This document shows positions 50,108 to 56,245 of a stretch of 56,245 nt of DNA, piece by piece (the stretch's first letter is position 1; every line of letters starts with the position of its first letter). The stretch lies in the IMG/VR virus record IMGVR_UViG_3300031521_000020; one strand, given 5' to 3'. The notes under the pieces were generated by a model. It saw only the letters and a program-made list of their open reading frames with translations, was not told where the DNA came from and did no database searches. This DNA comes from an uncultured virus (IMG/VR IMGVR_UViG_3300031521_000020) (taxonomy: Duplodnaviria; Heunggongvirae; Uroviricota; Caudoviricetes). The position numbers and the translations under genes were made by a program.

Positions 50108-50153
50108 ACTTTTACATATTGAAATTAAATAAAACAATTTAAAAAATAAAGTT

Positions 50154-50369
50154 ATGAATACAATTAGTGTTTTTGTTGGGGTGGATGAATTTATTTGTAA
50201 ACAATTTGATGGCGGAATTGATATTTGGGAAAAAAACATTTTTTTAGGCGAATTAGAAGGCGTTAACATTCCTGATGCAGAAGATAATGATGAATTAGAA
50301 AATTTTAATAAAGAGGTTGAAAATTGGTTAGAAGTTAATTATTATAATTCTAAATCAATTGATTATTAA
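50154..50369 (+). CDS. acidic hypothetical protein
   Basis: ORF after promoter 50070. Confidence 0.75.
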   Translation: MNTISVFVGVDEFICKQFDGGIDIWEKNIFLGELEGVNIPDAEDNDELENFNKEVENWLEVNYYNSKSIDY

Positions 50370-50390
50370 TCAAATAAACAATATACGGCT

Positions 50391-50567
50391 ATGAACTTAG
50401 AACTTAAAAAAGCGATTTTCAATTATATGATTGACAACCACAAAGTTTTTCAACTTGTTAACCATACGAAAGAACATTTCAGTCAATACATTTATTTACC
50501 AAACGGTGACTATTGTATCGGTGGAATTGAGGTTGCAGATTTTATAAATGCAGTTGATAAACTTTAA
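50391..50567 (+). CDS. small hypothetical protein (58 aa)
   Basis: stop in promoter TTAA. Confidence 0.7.
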   Translation: MNLELKKAIFNYMIDNHKVFQLVNHTKEHFSQYIYLPNGDYCIGGIEVADFINAVDKL

Positions 50568-50648
50568 CAAATTCCATTTTCGTTAATGGGTATTTTTCAT
50601 TACTTTTACGTATTGAAATTAAAGAAAACAAAATTAAACAAACGCCTT

Positions 50649-50756
50649 ATGAAAAAAGTTATAGCATTCGTAAAAAAACGTTCAAAAGCTGAAAAATTGG
50701 TATTTGCCTGTTTAGCTTATTATTCAATCGGTTTATTCATAGCAAGCAACCTATAA
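50649..50756 (+). CDS. 35-aa membrane peptide
   Basis: after promoter 50564; hydrophobic C-terminus. Confidence 0.55.
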   Translation: MKKVIAFVKKRSKAEKLVFACLAYYSIGLFIASNL

Positions 50757-50765
50757 TAGAAACAA

Positions 50766-50888
50766 ATGAAAACACTAAAAAAAGTTAATATAAATTTAGT
50801 TATCGCATTGGTGGTTTTAGTTTTATTCATTATAGGTATTTCACAAGCGGATTTTTCAAACCATTTTAGTAACATTATTTGTAAATAA
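50766..50888 (+). CDS. 40-aa membrane peptide
   Basis: single hydrophobic helix. Confidence 0.55.
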   Translation: MKTLKKVNINLVIALVVLVLFIIGISQADFSNHFSNIICK

Positions 50889-50895
50889 AATCATT

Positions 50896-51090
50896 ATGAG
50901 AGTAGAGGCAAAAAAATACATTGGAACGTATAAGGTTTACAGAGTGTTTAAAGTAAGTCGTCGACGTGAAATTTTGAGAAGAGGTTGTACAAGAGAAGAA
51001 GCAATATCAATTGTTAATAGATATGAAAACAGTAATCGAAGTATGGTATGTTTTGATAGGCAATTTACAGCGGACAAATATTACAAATAA
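50896..51090 (+). CDS. basic hypothetical protein
   Basis: co-oriented ORF. Confidence 0.75.
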   Translation: MRVEAKKYIGTYKVYRVFKVSRRREILRRGCTREEAISIVNRYENSNRSMVCFDRQFTADKYYK

Positions 51091-51102
51091 AACCCTTAAC
51101 TT

Positions 51103-51246
51103 ATGGAAACAAATTTAATTACTTGGGGCGATGGTCATAAACGGTATGTTAAAGACTGTGAAAAAGCTGAAATTGCAGCTTACGAAAAAGCATTTTATTT
51201 TGACGATGTTAAATTAAATGACATACCAATAAAACGGAATTTTTAA
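51103..51246 (+). CDS. small hypothetical protein (47 aa)
   Basis: stop in promoter TTAA. Confidence 0.65.
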   Translation: METNLITWGDGHKRYVKDCEKAEIAAYEKAFYFDDVKLNDIPIKRNF

Positions 51247-51320
51247 CAAATAAGAGTTGCGGGAATGAAATATTTCCCGTATCTTTGTAAGGTAATCAAA
51301 ATTAATTAATCAAAAATAAA

Positions 51321-51491
51321 ATGAAAAAATATAACAGTCAAACAGGTTGCTACAAAATTGATATTTTTTTAGATGGTTGTTATATATGTAGTACTGAACA
51401 ATCCAAAACATGTAAGGCTGCAAAGGAACGTTTTAAAGAAGTTAACGTACCAACGACAATGAAATTAACAGCACACTTTTTTAAATATTAA
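51321..51491 (+). CDS. small hypothetical protein (56 aa)
   Basis: single-gene cassette; stop in promoter TTAA. Confidence 0.7.
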   Translation: MKKYNSQTGCYKIDIFLDGCYICSTEQSKTCKAAKERFKEVNVPTTMKLTAHFFKY

Positions 51492-51558
51492 CATATTTCA
51501 TTTTAAGGAATGAAGTGAAAATATTATCTTTGTATCATAATTAAAACAAACAGTTTTT

Positions 51559-51843
51559 ATGAAAGCAATTATTAGAGTGACAGGTCAAATTAACGGGAAT
51601 CACAAACTTGTTAATAATTTGGGTGGTTCTATTTTTAACAGAAATGGAATGTTTTATTCTTATATTTTGTATTATAATACTATTTCACAAGCCAAAAAAG
51701 CAATTCAATATGCTCACAAGCAATTAAAAGAAGATGGTAGTGAAAAGTATAAAGATAATAGTGGAATGTCTTATGATGCAAGCAGAGCACAAATTGAAAT
51801 AATTTCAGTTGAACAATTTAACAAAGAAACTCTTAAATATTAA
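51559..51843 (+). CDS. hypothetical protein
   Basis: ORF after promoter 51488. Confidence 0.8.
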   Translation: MKAIIRVTGQINGNHKLVNNLGGSIFNRNGMFYSYILYYNTISQAKKAIQYAHKQLKEDGSEKYKDNSGMSYDASRAQIEIISVEQFNKETLKY

Positions 51844-51848
51844 TCATT

Positions 51849-52109
51849 ATGAAAAATATTAACCCTACCAATTCAAGTGAAAAACAAGTTGTTGAACATT
51901 TATTATTTTTAATCGATGAAATTATTCTAATGTATGCATTAAATAAAAATGTATTCTATTTAAGACCTCAAGGAATGAATACAATTATTGAAAAAGCGGG
52001 TATCAATTTAATGGAAGTTAAGGTTAATGAACATCTTTATACATTTGGTGGAATTACTGAAAAGTTTTACGATGATGTGGTCGAATATTTTTCCGATTTA
52101 GAATCATAA
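51849..52109 (+). CDS. hypothetical protein
   Basis: co-oriented ORF. Confidence 0.75.
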   Translation: MKNINPTNSSEKQVVEHLLFLIDEIILMYALNKNVFYLRPQGMNTIIEKAGINLMEVKVNEHLYTFGGITEKFYDDVVEYFSDLES

Positions 52110-52187
52110 TTTAACAAATTCCATTTTCACGAATGGTTTAAATATAGTACATTTGTGAACATTAAATAATTAAATAAATCAAACACA

Positions 52188-52574
52188 ATGAAAAAAGTTT
52201 ATATAGATGAAGAATTGGTTGAAGCTTACAAACATTTAATAAATGTTAAAGAAGCAATAGACATCAATACATTATATATGTGGTTTGATGATAATGAAAT
52301 TGATTACAGTAAATTGAATGAGTTGGATATGTATATCTATTACATAAAAGCGAATAGTGAACAAACGTTAATACCACAAAAATATGTTGGTAGTACTTAC
52401 AACGGTGAAAAAATTGAATGTATTAAAACCGATTGTGAAGGAAATTTAACAGTTGTTACGAATAAAGAGCAAAAAATATTTGAGTGCTATTGTAGTGTTC
52501 CAAACGAAATGAATGCAGATTATTTACTTTGCGAAATTCAACACGAAAGAGGTATAAACGTAAGCAAATATTAA
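52188..52574 (+). CDS. hypothetical protein
   Basis: single-gene cassette; stop in promoter TTAA. Confidence 0.8.
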   Translation: MKKVYIDEELVEAYKHLINVKEAIDINTLYMWFDDNEIDYSKLNELDMYIYYIKANSEQTLIPQKYVGSTYNGEKIECIKTDCEGNLTVVTNKEQKIFECYCSVPNEMNADYLLCEIQHERGINVSKY

Positions 52575-52645
52575 CAAATTCCATTTTCACGAATAGACAA
52601 TTTAAACTATCTTTGTGATAAGAAATTAATAAATAATCAATCGTT

Positions 52646-52969
52646 ATGGAAACAGATAAAAATATTTTAATTGAAGTTCAGTTCAGGAAATTTAAATACG
52701 GGAATAAAGAAGTAATTGCCGTTTTTCCGTACCAAATTGAGGGGGAAGATTATGTAGGTTCTTATATGCGTGTCGAGCAACATTCTGTTTGTAGGTGGGA
52801 TATAAACGACTTTACATGTAATGCAAAACCATCAGAATATGCAGACCTATTGAAAGAATTAAAATCAATCGGTTACGATGTTAAAATCGTTACACGTCGT
52901 AATCATTCACGTTATTTGAAAGAATTATATAAAGAAAAAATAAAACGTTATAACCAACAATTTAATTAA
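52646..52969 (+). CDS. conserved hypothetical phage protein
   Basis: FRKF...VIAVFP...SYM.V.QH...A.P.EYA.LL.EL..IGY motif recalled from phage proteins. Confidence 0.85.
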   Translation: METDKNILIEVQFRKFKYGNKEVIAVFPYQIEGEDYVGSYMRVEQHSVCRWDINDFTCNAKPSEYADLLKELKSIGYDVKIVTRRNHSRYLKELYKEKIKRYNQQFN

Positions 52970-52975
52970 AATAAT

Positions 52976-53146
52976 ATGAGTTGGAAATATATTTTTAACA
53001 GTTCGCTACGCCCATCGATGTGGGGGCATATTGATAAGGCAATTGAAGTGGCAAAAATTGCTGGTTATGAATTTTTAACTTGGAATGGATTAATATATAC
53101 GATTGAGGGAAAAGTAACAAGGTTTGATATATCAGATTTAAAGTAA
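52976..53146 (+). CDS. small hypothetical protein (56 aa), related to 56124..
   Basis: EVAKIAGYEFLTWNG. Confidence 0.7.
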   Translation: MSWKYIFNSSLRPSMWGHIDKAIEVAKIAGYEFLTWNGLIYTIEGKVTRFDISDLK

Positions 53147-53248
53147 AATAATTTAAATAAAATACCAATGGCAAAAACATTAACATATAAGGATAAACAA
53201 CCTTACAAAAAAATAAGCAAACAAGAAAATAAGTGGAATTAATTTTAG

Positions 53249-53283
53249 AATCCTTTAACACAATAAATGTTAAGGGATTTTTT
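53249..53283 (+). terminator. Terminator facing sRNA D
   Basis: AATCCTTTAACA-N7-TGTTAAGGGATT-TTTT. Confidence 0.6.
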
Positions 53284-53291
53284 AACTTCAG

Positions 53292-53357
53292 TTAACATTA
53301 TTTTATTCTATATAACGGAGAAAATACTTTAGTTTTGTTACGACTACCAACCTCTCT
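53292..53357 (-). ncRNA. Candidate structured sRNA, copy D
   Basis: Follows promoter 53375-53419; AGAGAGGTTGG-TAGT..ACTA-AAGTATTTTCTCC-N20-GTTAA. Confidence 0.65.
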
Positions 53358-53521
53358 ACTCTTATTTTATGATACAAAGATAGTGCTTTTCATTGGTATT
53401 TCAAACCCGAATTTGTTAAAAGAATATGTTTTATTTAGATCATTTTTTAACAAATTACATTTGCTTTGTATTGGTAATTTCACTACATTTGTATATCAAT
53501 TAATTAATAAATCAAAAGATT

Positions 53522-53977
53522 ATGAATGATAGCGAAGTTTGGATTGAAAGTGATTTGTATATCGATGCCCAAAATAAATTGGAAAAATTGATGGGTGTAT
53601 CTGAATACGAAAAATTTTGTAAGGACTACAACAAAAAAATGATTGAACAACGTTTTTTAGAACAACTACCATTTTTAACAATTGATAGTATTTTAGAAAA
53701 CAAATACGGACATTTCGAAACATGTGATGGGGATTGTTCAAGTTTTTCATATTTCGGTGTATGGGTACGACAAAATAAATTTCGTTACGATTTAACAATT
53801 GATACCAAACGTTACAACGGTCAATTTTTTAATCCATATTACAGCCAAAAGTATGAAAATTTAACAAAGGAGAATGCACAGTATTTGATTAATTGTGAAG
53901 CTGAAAGAATGAACGAAATTGGTACTTTTTACGTTCCTTATTCTGTAATTGTTCAGGAGTTAATAAAATTAATTTAA
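53522..53977 (+). CDS. hypothetical protein
   Basis: single-gene cassette; stop in promoter TTAA. Confidence 0.85.
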   Translation: MNDSEVWIESDLYIDAQNKLEKLMGVSEYEKFCKDYNKKMIEQRFLEQLPFLTIDSILENKYGHFETCDGDCSSFSYFGVWVRQNKFRYDLTIDTKRYNGQFFNPYYSQKYENLTKENAQYLINCEAERMNEIGTFYVPYSVIVQELIKLI

Positions 53978-54056
53978 CAAATCCCATTTTCGAATACCAA
54001 CGAAATACATTATCTTTGTATATCGATTAATTAAAACGAACTAAAATAAACGCCTT

Positions 54057-54665
54057 ATGAAACTGACTGACAAAGAAATTGAAGAGTATAAAGCATTAGC
54101 AAAATTTGAATCTGATGAACGTGCCAAATACAGAAAAGAACAGGCTATAAGAATTATTAATGCACGTAAAGAAATGAATGAAATGGTTAAAAACTTTCAG
54201 TCTTTTCTATTGGAAAATAAATCCCGTTTAATTGGGAAAAAATTGTTTGTAATGGGTGGTAATAGAACTAAATTTTTTGATGAATTTTTCAATGAATTTA
54301 CTGAAAAATTTGGCTTAACATTTGAAAACAGAAAAGGGTTACAATGGTTTTTTCTTGATAAAAAAAGTGATTACACCTCTTTGGAAATTTCAATATGTGT
54401 TAACGGTGGCTATTATTCAGGTGGGGAACACAAATTTACAACCGCTTATTGTACGTATGTTAGAAAATCGTTTTTTGACTTAATTATGATTGATTCTGAC
54501 AACAAATTTGTTGATGCCGATGTAGAACCTCGTTTAGAAAAAGAATACAGTTATGAAGCCTATGAAGCTGCAAAATTGGCTATTAAAAATTTGGAAAAAG
54601 AAATAAACCTAATTCAAGATAAAATTTCTGAATGGAAAAAAGAAATACCAACGGAACTAAGATAA
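54057..54665 (+). CDS. hypothetical protein with coiled-coil ends
   Basis: 202-aa ORF after promoter 53974. Confidence 0.85.
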   Translation: MKLTDKEIEEYKALAKFESDERAKYRKEQAIRIINARKEMNEMVKNFQSFLLENKSRLIGKKLFVMGGNRTKFFDEFFNEFTEKFGLTFENRKGLQWFFLDKKSDYTSLEISICVNGGYYSGGEHKFTTAYCTYVRKSFFDLIMIDSDNKFVDADVEPRLEKEYSYEAYEAAKLAIKNLEKEINLIQDKISEWKKEIPTELR

Positions 54666-54780
54666 AATACAATTTTATTTAACAAATTCCATTAGCAAAT
54701 TATAGGATAATTACCTATCTTTGTGTATCAATTAAAAGTAATTAAACAATATAAACAAATAATATTAACATTTAAAACTT

Positions 54781-54870
54781 ATGGCATATGAAAAAAACAT
54801 TTTAACAGCTAAGTACTGTATTGGAGTCGATGAACTCAACAATCCTGTTTATGTAATTCACAACGTTTAA
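54781..54870 (+). CDS. 29-aa peptide
   Basis: first ORF after promoter 54679. Confidence 0.5.
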   Translation: MAYEKNILTAKYCIGVDELNNPVYVIHNV

Positions 54871-55096
54871 CAATCGCCTAAAAACACACGAATAAAATGG
54901 AACGTAACAAAGGACAGCCGTAAAGCTTAAAACTATAAACCCGTAACCGATGCACTACATTAGAAATCCAACCAAAATATATATCAAAATATAATAACAT
55001 AAAATTCCTTTCAACACAAACTTTTAATCAATACATTTGGGCGCACAGATGCAAATTAGAGATAAGCGGTTGAAAGGGATTTTTCTTTAACTTCTA

Positions 55097-55161
55097 TTAA
55101 CGAAAAATTTCACATCGTGTTGGAGAAAATACTCCAGTGTTTAACCTGCCAACTCTCTCTC
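55097..55161 (-). ncRNA. Candidate structured sRNA, copy E
   Basis: Follows promoter 55173-55217; GAGAGAGTTGG-CAG..CTG-GAGTATTTTCTCC-N20-GTTAA. Confidence 0.65.
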
Positions 55162-55302
55162 TTATTACAATGTAAAGATACAGCAAATAATCCATATACC
55201 GAAATAGAATTTGTTAAAAACTAAATATTTAATTTAACAAATTTGATTTTGAACAATGAATTAAAAAGCGTACATTTGTATACAATTTAAAACAAAGGAA
55301 TT

Positions 55303-55473
55303 ATGAAAAGGACAGATTTTGATTTTAACAGTGTTTGTACAGCTTTGATTGTATTAGTTCTTATTGTTTTATTTGGAATTGCAGCCGTGCAATGTGATAA
55401 GACCAACAGAACACCTAAAACAGGCTTGACGTGGGTTAAAGATGCTAATGGAATAGAACATTCAATCAAATAA
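55303..55473 (+). CDS. small membrane protein (56 aa)
   Basis: after promoter 55234; single TM. Confidence 0.7.
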   Translation: MKRTDFDFNSVCTALIVLVLIVLFGIAAVQCDKTNRTPKTGLTWVKDANGIEHSIK

Positions 55474-55552
55474 AAATTGTTAACGAATTTTGATATATTG
55501 GTTATTTTATATATCTTTGACCTATCAAATAATTCAATAAAACATTACGATT

Positions 55553-56047
55553 ATGAAACTTGGAACTGAAACAGGTAGTTTATTCAATCACTTGATGTCA
55601 AATAATGAATCTAAGCCAGTTGTGGGTCAAGGTGCAACTATTTTGCATTGGACTGATAGAAGTGCTTATGAAGTTATTGAAGTCTCTAACGGTGGTAAAG
55701 AATGCAAAATTCAACGGTATGACCCCGAACGTGTTGATGGTTTGGGAATGTCAGATAGTCAAGAATATAAATACGAAAAATTAACAGAAGAAGTTCGAGA
55801 TTTAATTTTTCGCAATGGTGCGTGGCGGTTCAATTGTACTGAAATTGTTTTCACAAAAGAATTTTTAGCAACGTGTACAAAATTTGCAATTGCATTGAAT
55901 TTAACACCTGAACAAAGATTAGAAGTTTATCAAGGCGAAGTTTATCCATCAAAAGTTGTTGAGGGTATTACAAAATTCAAAAAAGTATATCCAAAGGCAA
56001 ATATTATATTTGGAGTTAAACGTGAATATTATGATTATTCTTTTTAA
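55553..56047 (+). CDS. conserved hypothetical phage protein
   Basis: PVVGQGAT...WTDR.AY...G..REYYDYSF motif recalled from phage proteins. Confidence 0.85.
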   Translation: MKLGTETGSLFNHLMSNNESKPVVGQGATILHWTDRSAYEVIEVSNGGKECKIQRYDPERVDGLGMSDSQEYKYEKLTEEVRDLIFRNGAWRFNCTEIVFTKEFLATCTKFAIALNLTPEQRLEVYQGEVYPSKVVEGITKFKKVYPKANIIFGVKREYYDYSF

Positions 56048-56123
56048 TATCCTTTAACAACTTTCATTTCGGACTATTATAAAAAAAGCATATCTTTGCA
56101 ATACAATTTAAAACAAATAATTT

Positions 56124-56245
56124 ATGAAACATTTGGATTTAATACAAATGATTGACCGCAATGGCGTTAAATTTATACCTATTATGGAATTAGCAAAAAT
56201 TGCAGGGTATGAATATTCAACAATTCATTGGAGTGGTAAAAAGGG
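56124..56245 (+). CDS. hypothetical protein, truncated by window edge
   Basis: after promoter 56054; ELAKIAGYEYSTIHWSG. Confidence 0.7.
   Translation, partial: MKHLDLIQMIDRNGVKFIPIMELAKIAGYEYSTIHWSGKK

Larger units (their letters stand above)
1285..56098. promoter_or_regulatory. Dispersed family of ~70 45-bp Bacteroidota-type promoters, TTAACAAATTCCATTT(T/C/G)-N20-TAnnTTT(G/A)
   Basis: Minus-strand copies (+ strand CAAAGATA-like box start, element extends ~44 nt right): 1285,3499,5430,5812,7202,8155,9484,10104,10765,11598,12067,13740,14604,16105,16846,17642,18253,19017,20554,21135,21574,22923,23691,24317,25743,26187,27341,28164,28694,29642,29984,30619,30954,31978,32693,32949,33536,34990,35794,36589,36963,38392,39262,40440,40907,42456,42743,43561,43816,45153,45509,46011,46875,47657,48329,48767,53375,55173. 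Plus-strand copies (TTAA start): 42529,47719,48829,49426,50070,50564,51243,51488,52111,52571,53447,53974,54679,55234,56054. TAnnTTTG is the known Bacteroidota -7 box, with TTTn 20 nt upstream at the -33 position; copies point into the downstream gene or element. Confidence 0.9.

Noticed and set aside
50036..55469. ORFs 50036..50269(-), 52995..53261(-), 53520..53798(-), 55287..55469(-), 53335..53529(+)
   Set aside because: Shadows of plus-strand genes or spanning promoter pairs.
55480..55519. Member of the 45-bp promoter family
   Set aside because: The -7 box is present but TTAA is 5 nt off register; probably a promoter but not counted.
1285..56098. CRISPR array
   Set aside because: Repeats are degenerate and separated by whole genes, not fixed spacers; no cas genes.
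1..56245. Stop-codon recoding (TAG or TGA read as sense)
   Set aside because: The standard code already tiles the window densely; the TAG at 205 and the ATGA couplings behave as true stops.

Overview
Very AT-rich window densely packed with about 150 short ORFs (mostly 40-270 aa). Nearly all lie on the - strand up to 47.6 kb and on the + strand after 47.8 kb. No structural, replication, integrase or cas genes are recognisable. Starts lack Shine-Dalgarno motifs and promoters carry the Bacteroidota TAnnTTTG -7 box, so this is most likely the early/accessory (host-takeover) region of a large Bacteroidota phage (inference). Few proteins are recognisable: an HD/SpoT-hydrolase-like protein, an SPFH lipoprotein, a GNAT-like protein and some Zn-ribbon proteins. 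The main structure is non-coding. (1) About 70 copies of a fixed-geometry 45-bp promoter, TTAACAAATTCCATTT-N21-TAnnTTTG, often supply the stop codon of the upstream gene, giving a cassette-like array. (2) Ten intergenic TACTC-RWWY-GAGTA palindromes. (3) Five promoter-driven, ORF-less elements with a conserved, covarying RNA-like scaffold followed by a ~20-nt variable segment, a candidate novel guide-like sRNA family. (4) A ~580-bp palindrome-rich non-coding hub at 41 kb. All calls are by eye; no database searches were run.
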